Assembly (NCBI GenBank): GCA_964413895.1
Contig: CAYPUV010000001.1
Span: forward strand, 1-59,291
Source: an uncultured Anaerolineaceae bacterium
GTDB taxonomy: Bacteria; Chloroflexota; Anaerolineae; 4572-78
Direction: 5' to 3'
Length of the DNA stretch: 59,291 nucleotides
How positions within the stretch are numbered: the first letter of the stretch is position 1; every line of letters begins with the position of its first letter. A program made the position numbers and the translations under genes. The notes beneath the pieces were generated by a model. It searched no databases, had not been told where the DNA came from, and saw only the letters and a program-made list of their open reading frames with translations. Positions 1 through 10,108 of the stretch are shown in pieces.

Positions 1-687
1 GTGGCACATGTGCCCATTTTGATGTACCATTACCTTTCGCTCCCCCCCCCCACTGCCGATATTTACCGCAAAGATTTGTCAGTTACGCCGGAAAATTTCG
101 CAGCGCAGTTGGCATATCTGAAAAAAGCAGGCTACACGAGCATCTCGCTGGCAGATTTGGCGTACTATCTGGCTGGAAGGCGCGACTTGCCGCCCAAGCC
201 CATCATCATTACGTTTGATGATGGCTACGTGGACAATTACACCAACGCTTTTCCTTTGCTGAAAAAGTATGGCTTCACCGCCACCTTTTCCATTGTGACG
301 GATCCGTTTGATTTTGGTGATCCGCGTTATATGTCGTGGGATAATATCATCGAAATGCACGCCGCCGGAATGGAAATCGGCGCGCACAGCAAGCGACACT
401 ACGATTTACGCAGCAACGATACAGATTTTTTGGTGTACGAAATTCTGGGGTCGAAAGAGGCAATTGAGGCGCGCATCAACGAACCGGTGCGCGTGTTTGT
501 CTATCCCTCGGGGAAATACACCCCGCTCACCGAAAAAGTGGTGGATTCGGCAGGCTATTGGGTGGCACTGACCACCCATTATGGTGCAGAAGAACAGTAC
601 GCCACCCGCTTTGAACTGCCGCGCATTCGCATTCGTGGGAGTGACACAGTGGAAGAATTTAAGGCGAAAGTGGAGGCAAAAGAATGA
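1..687 (+). CDS. polysaccharide deacetylase family protein (NodB-homology domain), probably 5'-truncated at the window edge
   Basis: ORF 1..687. Motifs VPILMYH, TFDDGY and HSKRH are typical of NodB-type deacetylases. The stop overlaps the next start (ATGA). Confidence 0.8.
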   Translation: MAHVPILMYHYLSLPPPTADIYRKDLSVTPENFAAQLAYLKKAGYTSISLADLAYYLAGRRDLPPKPIIITFDDGYVDNYTNAFPLLKKYGFTATFSIVTDPFDFGDPRYMSWDNIIEMHAAGMEIGAHSKRHYDLRSNDTDFLVYEILGSKEAIEARINEPVRVFVYPSGKYTPLTEKVVDSAGYWVALTTHYGAEEQYATRFELPRIRIRGSDTVEEFKAKVEAKE

Positions 688-1247
688 ACATCCATTTTGA
701 TTGGCTGGCGCCCATTTATGACCGGGCCATTGGACTGCCAGACCCAACGCAACTGCAAAATGCGCTGAATCTCCCCACTGAAGGGGTGCTGCTCGATGCT
801 GGGGGCGGCACTGGACGCGTTTCATCGCTGTTGCGCCCACTGACGGGGGGCGTGATCATCAACGATTGGTCAAAACCAATGCTGCTGCAAGCGCGGGAAA
901 AAGGTGGGTTGATGCTGGTGAACGGGCGGGTGGAAACGCTCCCCTACCCCGATGCAAGTTTCGAGCGCCTGCTGGTGGTAGATGCTTTGCATCATTTCCC
1001 CAACCAGCACGGGGCGATTAAAGAATTTGCACGAGTACTCAAACCTGGCGGCAGATTGGTGATAGAGGAACCGGATATCAAAAAATTTGCGGTGAAGTTG
1101 ATTGCCTGGGGAGAAAAACTGGCGCTGATGGGCAGCCATTTTCACGCCCCCGCCGAAATCGCCACTATGCTCTCCGCCGTGGGACTGTCGGTGCAGATAG
1201 ACCACGATTACAAAGGTGCGGCACTGATTATCGCAGACAGGCAATAG
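684..1247 (+). CDS. class I SAM-dependent methyltransferase
   Basis: 187-aa ORF with the SAM-binding motif LLDAGGGTGR and a downstream LKPGGRLVI motif. It overlaps the upstream gene by 4 nt. Confidence 0.8.
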   Translation: MNIHFDWLAPIYDRAIGLPDPTQLQNALNLPTEGVLLDAGGGTGRVSSLLRPLTGGVIINDWSKPMLLQAREKGGLMLVNGRVETLPYPDASFERLLVVDALHHFPNQHGAIKEFARVLKPGGRLVIEEPDIKKFAVKLIAWGEKLALMGSHFHAPAEIATMLSAVGLSVQIDHDYKGAALIIADRQ

Positions 1248-1272
1248 CGGCTGTTGGCAGTGCTTAAGGTAG

Positions 1273-4167
1273 ATGAAATTAATTTTGGTCTCAACCGTTT
1301 CTCCAGTTGAATATCCATTGCTAAAAAACAGCATCATCGTGGGCAGTGATGCGGTGGCAGATATTTGTTTAGAAGATACCACTGTAAAACCACAACATGC
1401 AATCATCTGGCAAAATCGAGGGATGTTTGCGATTAGTGCCGCAAATACCCAGGGACCCGTGCTGGTAAACGGCAAAGCGGCAATCTTTGGACAACCACTA
1501 TGGCCTGGAGATGAAATTACGTTGGGAAACGCGCGTTTATTGTTTGTTGGTGACAATGTCACCGCAGCAGAAAGCGCGCCTCAACCCGAAACCCCTTCTC
1601 CTGCAACGCCAGCTTCTGGTGACGAGGCTGTACCGCCACCCCAGACGCGTTCCCGGCAAGATATGTTGGCCAACCTCGATCCAGCGCTTGTAAAAAAGCT
1701 TCGTCAGCGGGGCGGTTTAACGCCTGTGGGCTGGCGCGCGCACTGGCAACGCGCCGTCGCTGCCAATTATTTGCAACGCGGAACAGGATTATTCAGCGCC
1801 ATCCTGTCGATGCCTGCTTTTGTTGGGGCGTTGGCGCACGCAGCGCGCGACAAATTGCTGCGCCGTAAGCCGAAAAAAGCCTTTCCCCATGGGTTTTGGC
1901 AGTATTACAGCGAACTGGCGTTTAAAACAGATTCGGCGCGCCACATATTTGAAACAACAGGGTTTCAACAACACATCCCCCCTGATGCCACCGAAGTGGA
2001 ACAAGCAGCAGCCTGGATATTCCAGGCCTTAACCACGTTGTTTGAATATGATGCCTTATTGGAGAATAAATGGATAGAGCACACCCTTTTGCGTTTGGTA
2101 GATGAAGCAATTGCGGATTCGGTAATTTGCCGTTGGGTGGTTGATCGCCTGGGGTTGGATGTAAGTGCCTCGTCTCCCGAGTTTAAGGCCGAACAACACC
2201 GTGTATGGGAAGAAGCGCGGGAAGCGATAGAATTGGAAGCCGAACAAATGAAGGGTGCTTTGGGCATGGATGATTTGGAACAAATGTGGGCAACGCAGGC
2301 CCCATTCTTAAAACCACCCAGCCACCTCCACGAAACGTTTCCTGAGTATCGGCACAAAAAATTTCTGGAGTTTTTAACAGAAGCAGCTAAACAGTTGCCC
2401 CGCCAAGTGGGTGCTTTTGTGGGGGAACACTACTACAAACGGGTAGCAGAAAAAATGCCTGCGTTTAAGGCGCAAATGAGCATCCTTTCAGCAAAAGAAT
2501 GTAGAAACGATGCGCAAAAACAGAGAATTCCCATCTGGAAAGCAAAAGTTGCTTTTTTGGTGGGAGAGCGATATTACCTGGTCGATGTTGCACACCGCGA
2601 TCGGCGCGGGCGGTTGCTGGCCTTTATCCCCGGCAAACCGGATGATCCCGGTGAACCACTTACTTTGATTGAAACCGCCGCTGGGACATTGGTGGACCAA
2701 AAGGGCCGTCGCGTTTCGATAGACCGCCAGGGAGGGGTAACAATTACAAACACCGTCGGGCAGGTACAAACAAAGGTGTTGCGACCTACCCCGGCGCGTG
2801 AAATTAAAGCATTTGCGGCTGCAATATTGCACAATGAAGCAATGTTATCCTTCACGGCTTCCGCTCTCCCAAAGGCAACCGTGGCATCCGAAAGGCAGGT
2901 GCGGGGCAACCGCTGGCCTCAACAACGTTCGAGCGTTACCCCGGCGGCCATAAGGGTATTAAATAACGTTCCCCTTGTCATCAATTGGAACCAAAAAAAA
3001 CACACCGCTGCCCCCCAAAAAAGAAACGGAACTTTGGGAATTGGCAACTTTCCAGTGTATCTTTGGCGGAAACAAAAAACAGTTGAATTCAATCTTTCTC
3101 CTGTGTTTTTTGATCCAACCTGGGGAGCCGCATTTTGCCAAATGATGGCGGCAGGGGCGACGAATGCCTATCGGTTGATCCACCAGATTTCGGGAACCGG
3201 GACGCTGAGCAATTTGCCACACGCCTTCAGAATGCAGATGGCGCCCGCCACTTCGGCCGTGGAAGGAAGTTCCCCTGCTCCAGGCGAGCTTATCGTCACC
3301 ACTCATAAGCCTGACTTGCCGTTGCTTCACCGGGCCACAGAGAAATTGACGCAATACCAAATTCTGATTTCGGTTGACGACTTGTTGATTCTTTATCGCA
3401 ATTTGCACAATCAACTTTACAAACCTGGCCCGCTGGCACAGCAGGCGGTGATGTCTCTCCGCGCGCAAAACAGAGAAACAGTTGCCAAAAAACTCGAAGC
3501 ACTGTGGCCTGAGCGGAAACGCAAGCCGGTGCGCCTTATTATTCCACTGGACGCCTCCCATATGGCTCCTGAATTGCGTGTCGTCCCCGTTGCGTATGAG
3601 CCGGTGACTGCTGACTTTGCGCTGTTATACAGAGCGTTGCTTGCGCAGTTAAATGGTAAACCGGTGTTGAAGGCAGTCGCAACGGATGAACCGTATTTGC
3701 AAAAACGAGCCGCATTTATTGACCGCTTGCGGGTAGAAGCCGCATATCTGGCACTGCTCAGGAACATTGCTCAACGCGGGGAGACGTTCAGCACGGCGGC
3801 AATGCCACTTTTAGTCCTGCAGCCGTCGCTGTCTGATGCAGCCAGGCGGTTTCAACACTGCGTTGGTGGGCTGAACACCTTGTCAAATGGAAATGAGGTA
3901 TTTGCAATTATCAATGAAGCCTCGCCCACCACATCGCTGACGCATTTTGTGTATGCCAAAGAGGATGGGTTTACCCGTAATTTAATTTGGAGTGCTCTAA
4001 TAGCTGAGCCGCAAACACTGACGCTCACCCTGCGCGATTTTCGCCCACCCGTGCTGCAATTGTTGTCCGCCGATTTTGCAAATGAAGCGGCGCTGGTGGC
4101 GCAAGATACTCTGGAATCCTACGCCAACGGCCTGAACCAATTTGCCCAGATAATTTTATCGGTTTAG
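1273..4167 (+). CDS. large FHA-like domain protein of unknown function
   Basis: 964-aa ORF. The N-terminal ~95 aa resemble an FHA fold (IIVGS..., ...QHAII..., VLVNGK..., ITLGNARLLFVG). A Pro-rich linker follows, then ~800 aa with no domain I recognise. Confidence 0.6.
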   Translation: MKLILVSTVSPVEYPLLKNSIIVGSDAVADICLEDTTVKPQHAIIWQNRGMFAISAANTQGPVLVNGKAAIFGQPLWPGDEITLGNARLLFVGDNVTAAESAPQPETPSPATPASGDEAVPPPQTRSRQDMLANLDPALVKKLRQRGGLTPVGWRAHWQRAVAANYLQRGTGLFSAILSMPAFVGALAHAARDKLLRRKPKKAFPHGFWQYYSELAFKTDSARHIFETTGFQQHIPPDATEVEQAAAWIFQALTTLFEYDALLENKWIEHTLLRLVDEAIADSVICRWVVDRLGLDVSASSPEFKAEQHRVWEEAREAIELEAEQMKGALGMDDLEQMWATQAPFLKPPSHLHETFPEYRHKKFLEFLTEAAKQLPRQVGAFVGEHYYKRVAEKMPAFKAQMSILSAKECRNDAQKQRIPIWKAKVAFLVGERYYLVDVAHRDRRGRLLAFIPGKPDDPGEPLTLIETAAGTLVDQKGRRVSIDRQGGVTITNTVGQVQTKVLRPTPAREIKAFAAAILHNEAMLSFTASALPKATVASERQVRGNRWPQQRSSVTPAAIRVLNNVPLVINWNQKKHTAAPQKRNGTLGIGNFPVYLWRKQKTVEFNLSPVFFDPTWGAAFCQMMAAGATNAYRLIHQISGTGTLSNLPHAFRMQMAPATSAVEGSSPAPGELIVTTHKPDLPLLHRATEKLTQYQILISVDDLLILYRNLHNQLYKPGPLAQQAVMSLRAQNRETVAKKLEALWPERKRKPVRLIIPLDASHMAPELRVVPVAYEPVTADFALLYRALLAQLNGKPVLKAVATDEPYLQKRAAFIDRLRVEAAYLALLRNIAQRGETFSTAAMPLLVLQPSLSDAARRFQHCVGGLNTLSNGNEVFAIINEASPTTSLTHFVYAKEDGFTRNLIWSALIAEPQTLTLTLRDFRPPVLQLLSADFANEAALVAQDTLESYANGLNQFAQIILSV

Positions 4168-4227
4168 CGGACGTTTAGCTTGTTTTTTTGAAATATCCTG
4201 AGTAAAGATACCAATTGAGGGAAAAAC

Positions 4228-5568
4228 ATGCAACCGGTTTCATCATATAAAGAAGCACTGAACTATATTTACAGTCGCACCAACTTTGAACGCAAGCAAA
4301 TGGCCAAATACAATATGACCACGCTTGACCTTTCACGGATAGAAACGCTGCTGGATAAACTGCACTGGCCACAGCAAGAATTTAAGGTATTGCTGATTGC
4401 CGGCACAAAAGGGAAGGGGTCTACCGCAGCGATGTGTGAGAGTATGTTGCGCGCGGCAGGCTACAAAACCGGACTGTATAGTTCGCCCCATTTGCACTCA
4501 TTCCGGGAGCGCATCCGGGTGAACGGGCAACTAATTTCGCCGGAAGCGGTTGTGGCGCGGGTGAATGTGCTCCGTCCACACGCCGACACCGTTGTGGGCC
4601 TGACCGCCTGGGAGGTGATGACCGCTTTGGCGTTTGTGACCTTTGCTGAAGCAGCCGTGGATCTGGCGGTGCTGGAAGTGGGGCTTGGCGGGCGATTGGA
4701 TGCCACGAACATTACAACGCCGGCGGTGTCGGTCATTACCGCTATTAGCTACGACCACACGCAGTTGTTGGGAAACACACTCTCTTCGATTGCCTTTGAA
4801 AAGGCGGGAATCATCCGGCAGGGAGGTGTTGTGGTGAGCGCACCGCAATTTCCCGAAGTGATGACGGTGATTGAAGAGGTGTGCCGCGAGCGTGAGGCTT
4901 CACTCACGGTGGTGGGGGATGAAATACCGTGGCGAGTGGGTCGGGAATCACTGGGTGGGCAAGTGGTTTACCGGGATGGGCAACGGTACAGCATTCCATT
5001 ATTGGGAAAACACCAAGCCGCCAATGCAGCGACCGCGCTAACGGCCATTGAAGCGTTGGAAAGTAGAGACCTGGGCCTTCGCGTGCCGGTACCGGCGCGT
5101 CAGCAAGGGTTGGCTACAGTTGATTGGCCTGGGCGATTGGAAATTTTGTCCCGGTCTCCGTTTTTGTTGGTGGACAGCGCTATGAACGGTGATTCGGCGC
5201 GTAAGTTGCGCCAAACGTTGACTGAATATTTCCCCGGTCGAACGGTGATCCTGGTTTTTGGAGCCTCCAGAGACCACGATTACGCAGCGATGCTCAAGGA
5301 GCTTTTACCCATCAGCCGGCAGGTTATTGCTACTCAAGCGAACCATCCCCGGGCCACACGGCCTGCTGTGTTGGCCGCCGCCGCCCGCTCGTTGGGCGTG
5401 GAAATTGCTACGGCGCCCACAGTGGAACAGGCGCTGAACGAAGCGCTGGCGCAAGCTGGGGAGCGTGACCTGATCTGCGTTGCCGGCTCGCTGTTTTGTG
5501 CGGCAGAAGCACGCCTGGTCTGGGCAAAACAAAACGGGGGTCCGTTGCCAGAAACGGATCCCGTGTAG
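4228..5568 (+). CDS. folC: bifunctional folylpolyglutamate synthase / dihydrofolate synthase
   Basis: 446 aa. Mur-ligase P-loop IAGTKGKGST, overall FolC-like sequence, GAGGGA-like RBS upstream of the ATG. Confidence 0.85.
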   Translation: MQPVSSYKEALNYIYSRTNFERKQMAKYNMTTLDLSRIETLLDKLHWPQQEFKVLLIAGTKGKGSTAAMCESMLRAAGYKTGLYSSPHLHSFRERIRVNGQLISPEAVVARVNVLRPHADTVVGLTAWEVMTALAFVTFAEAAVDLAVLEVGLGGRLDATNITTPAVSVITAISYDHTQLLGNTLSSIAFEKAGIIRQGGVVVSAPQFPEVMTVIEEVCREREASLTVVGDEIPWRVGRESLGGQVVYRDGQRYSIPLLGKHQAANAATALTAIEALESRDLGLRVPVPARQQGLATVDWPGRLEILSRSPFLLVDSAMNGDSARKLRQTLTEYFPGRTVILVFGASRDHDYAAMLKELLPISRQVIATQANHPRATRPAVLAAAARSLGVEIATAPTVEQALNEALAQAGERDLICVAGSLFCAAEARLVWAKQNGGPLPETDPV

Positions 5569-5604
5569 TGGTTCAATGAACAAGGGTTGTTCGTGTCTAA
5601 TTGC

Positions 5605-6378
5605 TCATTGTTTTTGTGCTACGGCTATGAGTGATGTGCCAAAGGGCAGGTTGAGCATTTTGATCAGCCGGGCTTCTATTTTGCCCACAATAGTCAGCAC
5701 GCTGTTGGCCAGCGGCGAAGCCGGTTCCATTTCCACCTGATATTCGTCTTCTTGCAGGTGATGTGAAGCGAGTTCCGGTTCGTTACCCCGGCGCAGGATG
5801 ATGAGCGGTGCTGCCAAGGGGAACACGAAGAAGTTGTTGTAGCTTAACCGCTTCAGTTTAAACCCCGCTTGTTTTAAACGAAGTTCTAGTTCTGCTGCGG
5901 TGTAGCGGCGTTTGTGGGCATTGATGACATCGTTGTGCGACCAGAGGAACATAAACGCGGGGACGGTAACAATTATATGCCCGCCGGGTTTTAGAACGCG
6001 AAATGATTCTTTTAGCACCGGCATATCATCATCAATGTGTTCAATCACATCCAGCGCCGTGACCACATCATATGTAGCATCTTCAAACGGAAAGGGGTCC
6101 TGCGCGTCGTACTGGTCAACATCATATCCGCGTAGACGAGCCTGACGTACCGGGCGAGCGTCAACTTCCAGCCCTTTTACTTTCCCGTATTTGCTTAAAT
6201 GGTGAATCATATTTCCTGCACCACAGCCCACGTCTAGTAGTTTCAGACCGGTAACTTGTGGCATCACCTGATGCATCAGGGTGTTGATAACCAATGTTCG
6301 GCTGGCGAACCACCAATGGTGGTCCTCAGCAATACTATCAGGGATGGGAACATTTGCAATAGGGGGTAGTTCTGTCAT
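5605..6378 (-). CDS. class I SAM-dependent methyltransferase
   Basis: 257 aa. Motif LLDVGCGAGN plus VLKPGGHIIV. Convergent with folC. Confidence 0.8.
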   Translation of the reverse strand: MTELPPIANVPIPDSIAEDHHWWFASRTLVINTLMHQVMPQVTGLKLLDVGCGAGNMIHHLSKYGKVKGLEVDARPVRQARLRGYDVDQYDAQDPFPFEDATYDVVTALDVIEHIDDDMPVLKESFRVLKPGGHIIVTVPAFMFLWSHNDVINAHKRRYTAAELELRLKQAGFKLKRLSYNNFFVFPLAAPLIILRRGNEPELASHHLQEDEYQVEMEPASPLANSVLTIVGKIEARLIKMLNLPFGTSLIAVAQKQ

Positions 6379-6395
6379 AAAACGAGTGCCTTAGA

Positions 6396-7373
6396 TTATT
6401 CATTAAAAAGTTCGCCCACGCTCACACCCAGATGAATGCGGCGAATGACCTCGGATAGCAGGGGAGCGATGGACAAGATGGTTAGTTTTTCCAAATGTTT
6501 GTAAGGGGCAACCGGCACGGTATTAGTGATAATGACTTCTTTTATTGGCGCTTCGCTCAGGCGTTCTGTGGCGGGGTCAGAAAGGACCCCGTGAGTCACA
6601 CATGCGTAAATATCGGCGGCGCCATTGCTTTTGATGAAGTTGACGGCTTCCAGAATTGTTCCGGCGGTATCAATTTCATCGTCAAAGATAATGCAATTCT
6701 TTCCTTCCACTTCACCGATAACGTTTAGCGATTTGGCGCGACTGCCATCACTGAGCTGTATCCGCCGTTTCTCAATAATGGCCAGCGGCATATTCAGCGC
6801 CTGGGCAAAATTGCGCGAGCGTTTGGTGGCGCCAATGTCCCCGGCCACTACTACGGTATCGGGGAGCTTTTTTTCTCGCATATAGTCGCTGAGCAGATGG
6901 AAGGCGGTCAGTTCATCGCCGGGGATGCTGAAAAAACCTTGTATCTGTCCGGCGTGGAGATCGACCGTTAAAAAGCGATTGGCGCCGGCGACGGTCAGCA
7001 AATCGGCAACCAGGCGAGCTGTAATCGGCACGCGGGGTTGGTCTTTTTTGTCGGTACGTCCATAGCCGTAGTAGGGAATGACCGCCGTAATGCGCCCCGC
7101 CGAATCTCGGCGCAACGTGTCTATCATAATTAACAGTTCCATCAAATTATCATTGGTGGACACAATGTTGCCGTCTTTATCGAAGGAGGCGGAGATGGGT
7201 TGCACCACAAACACATCTTTGCCCCGCACGCTGGAATGTAACCGACAAAAGGTATTCTGATTGGGAAATTTGAATACGTCGGCTTTCCCCAGCGGGACGG
7301 AAAGCTCTTCACTAATTTCTTCTGCCAATGGACGATTGGCATTCCCGCTGTATAATGCTATTTCTCCGTACAT
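6396..7373 (-). CDS. prs: ribose-phosphate pyrophosphokinase
   Basis: 325 aa. Motifs DLHAGQIQGFF, the PRPP-binding VVAGDIGATKR and IIFDDEIDTAGT. Confidence 0.9.
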   Translation of the reverse strand: MYGEIALYSGNANRPLAEEISEELSVPLGKADVFKFPNQNTFCRLHSSVRGKDVFVVQPISASFDKDGNIVSTNDNLMELLIMIDTLRRDSAGRITAVIPYYGYGRTDKKDQPRVPITARLVADLLTVAGANRFLTVDLHAGQIQGFFSIPGDELTAFHLLSDYMREKKLPDTVVVAGDIGATKRSRNFAQALNMPLAIIEKRRIQLSDGSRAKSLNVIGEVEGKNCIIFDDEIDTAGTILEAVNFIKSNGAADIYACVTHGVLSDPATERLSEAPIKEVIITNTVPVAPYKHLEKLTILSIAPLLSEVIRRIHLGVSVGELFNE

Positions 7374-7384
7374 AGCACCGTCCT

Positions 7385-7936
7385 CTACCTGTTGGTATTA
7401 GGGGTTGTTTGTTTTGCCGCGGTATGTTCGCGCCGCAAAACACTCATCAAATATTGGTTGATAAACTGACCTGCTCTAAACTCAACCTGGCGCATTTCTC
7501 CCTCAGTTACAAAGCCGCAGCGCTGGTAACATTTTATCGCGCCCGGATGGTTGGTATCAACGCGCAAATAAACCCGGTTCAGGTTCAGCGTGTTAAAGGC
7601 ATATTCCAGCAGCAACAGGATGGCTTCTTGCCCGTACCCTTTGCCCCATTCGCTTTTTTCGCCAATGACAATTCCAAGTTCGGCGGATTGAACGCGCTGG
7701 TTAATGTTCATCAACCCCACCGACCCAATATGCTTGCCTGCTTTTGTCTCAATGGCGAAATTCTGGACGCTGGCATTTTTGCGCTGCGCTTCGTACCACT
7801 CGGTTTCGTCATCAATATTCATGGGCAAGAACAACGACAAATGTTCAATTACCTCTGGATCGTTGAGCCAGGCCACGTAGCGAGGTAAATCAGCGCGGGT
7901 TATAGCTCTGAGTGTAAGGTTTGTCCCTGTGAACAT
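7385..7936 (-). CDS. GNAT family N-acetyltransferase (RimJ/RimL-like)
   Basis: 183 aa. The RimJ-like N-terminus LTLRAITRADLPRYVAWLNDPEV and the acetyl-CoA motif region GKGYGQEA. Its start overlaps the upstream gene by 47 nt. Confidence 0.8.
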   Translation of the reverse strand: MFTGTNLTLRAITRADLPRYVAWLNDPEVIEHLSLFLPMNIDDETEWYEAQRKNASVQNFAIETKAGKHIGSVGLMNINQRVQSAELGIVIGEKSEWGKGYGQEAILLLLEYAFNTLNLNRVYLRVDTNHPGAIKCYQRCGFVTEGEMRQVEFRAGQFINQYLMSVLRREHTAAKQTTPNTNR

Positions 7937-8555
7937 GGTGTTCTCCTAAATGGTTTGTATCGTTCAATAGAACTAACCGCACATACGAAGGGTACACGTC
8001 TACTATGGTCAGCGAGCAGTTGCTGAAGGTAAAGGTTAAGTGTCCGCCGTGGTTAATATTGAGCCAATTTTTTAGCATCTGTTTTAATGTGCCGCCGTGC
8101 GAAAAAACGGCGATAGTTTCACCAACAGAGGTATGGGCCAAAATAGAATCCACGGCGCTCTGCACGCGCTGGGCAAAGGTTTGGTCGCTTTCCAGGCCGG
8201 TTATGGGTGGACGAGGGAGGTTGTTGGTCCAGGCGTGTTCAAGATCTGGAAACAGGTTTCTTACTTCTTGTTTTGTTAATCCAGAGAGGGGGCCGAGGTT
8301 TTGTTCTTTCAGGTTATGCTCAAATTGCAGGGGCAACGCCAGCAATTGGCCAAGGTAGGCGGCCGTTTGTCGGGCACGAGTGAGGGGGCTGCTAAAAACT
8401 TGAGACACGTTGAATTCTACGGCGATGCGTGCGCTGAGCATTTGGGCATGCCGATGCCCCAACTCGCTGAGTGGAGAATCGAGCCAGCCTTGAACACGCC
8501 CTTCTCTATTGGCCTGAGATTGGGCGTGTCTGATAAGCAACAGTCGTTTTTTCAA
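7890..8555 (-). CDS. histidine phosphatase family protein (phosphoglycerate-mutase-like; possibly CobC-type alpha-ribazole phosphatase)
   Basis: 221 aa with the catalytic motif LLLIRHAQSQAN. It lies 5 nt downstream of meaB in a B12-enzyme cluster. The CobC idea is inference only. Confidence 0.7.
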   Translation of the reverse strand: MKKRLLLIRHAQSQANREGRVQGWLDSPLSELGHRHAQMLSARIAVEFNVSQVFSSPLTRARQTAAYLGQLLALPLQFEHNLKEQNLGPLSGLTKQEVRNLFPDLEHAWTNNLPRPPITGLESDQTFAQRVQSAVDSILAHTSVGETIAVFSHGGTLKQMLKNWLNINHGGHLTFTFSNCSLTIVDVYPSYVRLVLLNDTNHLGEHHVHRDKPYTQSYNPR

Positions 8556-8560
8556 GAGGC

Positions 8561-9568
8561 TTATTCCTCCAGCAAAATTTGGACTGCATTATAGGGGGAT
8601 AATGTTCTATTAACAAGTTTGGTGATGATTTCTGTGAGGGTGCTGGCTGGAGTTCGGGCCAGGAGTCGGCGCAGCATCTCGTGCTGCAACCGGTCTTCCA
8701 GCTCGGCTGTGAGGCGAGCGCGGTTTCGCCCGGTGAGCAGCCCTGTTTGGGCCAGGTGCTGGCGGTGTTGGGTGATGGTGTCTACAAGGCTGGCGACGCC
8801 TTCTCCGGTGAGAGCAACTGTTTTTACAATAGGGTGTTCCCACGTGTTCTCTGGGGTGGGGTCGGGTACCGGCGCAGGCATAGGGATGGAGATGAGTGTG
8901 CCGTGGTGCGCTACCTGCCGGGGCGTGGTGTGTCCTAGTTCTAGCATTGTTTTTAGGGCCGAAACGGTTTTATTGGCGCCTGGTTTGTCGGCTTTGTTTA
9001 CCACAAAGATGTCGGCAATTTCTAAAATACCTGCTTTTATGGCCTGAATATCATCGCCCAGCCCCGGCGCTTCTACCACCAGCACGGTATGAGCCGTACG
9101 GGCAATATCCACTTCGCCTTGCCCAACGCCCACCGTTTCAATCAGGATGATGTCGAATCCGGCGGCGTCAAATACTTTGATGGCGTCATGCACCCCGCGA
9201 GCCAATCCGCCCAGACTGCCTCGACTGGCCATACTGCGGATGAATATGCCGGGGTCGCCGGACAGTTCACGCATCCGAATCCGGTCGCCCAAAATGGCGC
9301 CCCCAGAGAAGGGGCTGGTGGGGTCAACGGCAATAATGGCCACCGTTTTCCCTTTTCCCCGATAGATTTTCGCCAGTTCATTCACCAGGCTGGATTTTCC
9401 GGTGCCGGGTGCGCCGGTAATGCCGATTAGATGCGCCTGGCCAGTGTGCGGGTATAATTCTGTTAATACTTGTTGCGCCGGCGGCGCTTCGTTTTCAATG
9501 TGGCTAATCAGGCGGGCAATTGCCCGCCGTTTTCCGTTGAGGAGGGGGTCAACCAGGGACGTCGGCAT
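8561..9568 (-). CDS. meaB: methylmalonyl-CoA mutase-associated G-protein chaperone MeaB/ArgK
   Basis: P-loop GAPGTGKSS, VDPTSPFSGGAILGDR and NKAD motifs. I chose the start at MPTSLVD (ATG at 9568), 4 nt after the upstream stop, over the longer ORF start at 9646. Confidence 0.85.
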   Translation of the reverse strand: MPTSLVDPLLNGKRRAIARLISHIENEAPPAQQVLTELYPHTGQAHLIGITGAPGTGKSSLVNELAKIYRGKGKTVAIIAVDPTSPFSGGAILGDRIRMRELSGDPGIFIRSMASRGSLGGLARGVHDAIKVFDAAGFDIILIETVGVGQGEVDIARTAHTVLVVEAPGLGDDIQAIKAGILEIADIFVVNKADKPGANKTVSALKTMLELGHTTPRQVAHHGTLISIPMPAPVPDPTPENTWEHPIVKTVALTGEGVASLVDTITQHRQHLAQTGLLTGRNRARLTAELEDRLQHEMLRRLLARTPASTLTEIITKLVNRTLSPYNAVQILLEE

Positions 9569-9572
9569 ATGG

Positions 9573-9974
9573 CTAATCCAGTGAAACGTGTTCTGTAATG
9601 TATGTGACAATATCTTGCGTTGACGTGCCGGGCGTAAAGATAGCATTCACGCCAGCCTGTTGCAATTGCGGAATGTCTTCATCGGGGATAATACCCCCGG
9701 CGATGACTAGAACGTGGCTCATATCAGCCTCTTTGAGCTTTTGGGCAATCACCGGCAACAGGGCCATATGCGCCCCGCTTAAAACAGATAGCCCCACAAC
9801 GTCCACATCTTCTTGCAAGGCGCTTTCTACAATCATGTCTGGGGTTTGGCGCAGGCCGGTATAAATTACTTCCATCCCGGCGTCACGCAGGGCGCGAGCC
9901 ACAACTTTTGCGCCCCGGTCATGACCATCTAGCCCAGGTTTGGCAACCAGTACTCTGATTTTTCGGCGTGGCAT
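9573..9974 (-). CDS. cobalamin-binding small subunit of a split acyl-CoA mutase
   Basis: 133 aa. The canonical B12 motif DxHxxG is present as [10 protein letters not shown], and the whole sequence resembles the MCM C-terminal domain. Confidence 0.9.
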   Translation of the reverse strand: MPRRKIRVLVAKPGLDGHDRGAKVVARALRDAGMEVIYTGLRQTPDMIVESALQEDVDVVGLSVLSGAHMALLPVIAQKLKEADMSHVLVIAGGIIPDEDIPQLQQAGVNAIFTPGTSTQDIVTYITEHVSLD

Positions 9975-10108
9975 AAGTTTCCTCTTCCTTCTTGAGTTTT
10001 CAAAAATGGTAACTCACCTTACGCAGTTTAAAATTTGACAAGATTGGATGTTCTAGAATTGAGGTTTTGCCCTTCGTGCGCTCTTTCCCCCGTTCCCATT
10101 GGGAGCGG

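Noticed and set aside
7890-7936. The 47-nt overlap between the histidine phosphatase and the GNAT gene as a sign of a frameshift or pseudogene.
   Set aside because: Both ORFs are full length with intact family motifs. The next in-frame Met of the GNAT gene would delete conserved N-terminal sequence. A genuine overlap is plausible.
9569-9646. A longer MeaB N-terminus starting at 9646, overlapping the B12 small-subunit gene by 74 nt.
   Set aside because: The internal ATG at 9568 gives a typical MeaB length and sits 4 nt after the upstream stop. The extra 26 aa resemble no MeaB sequence I know.
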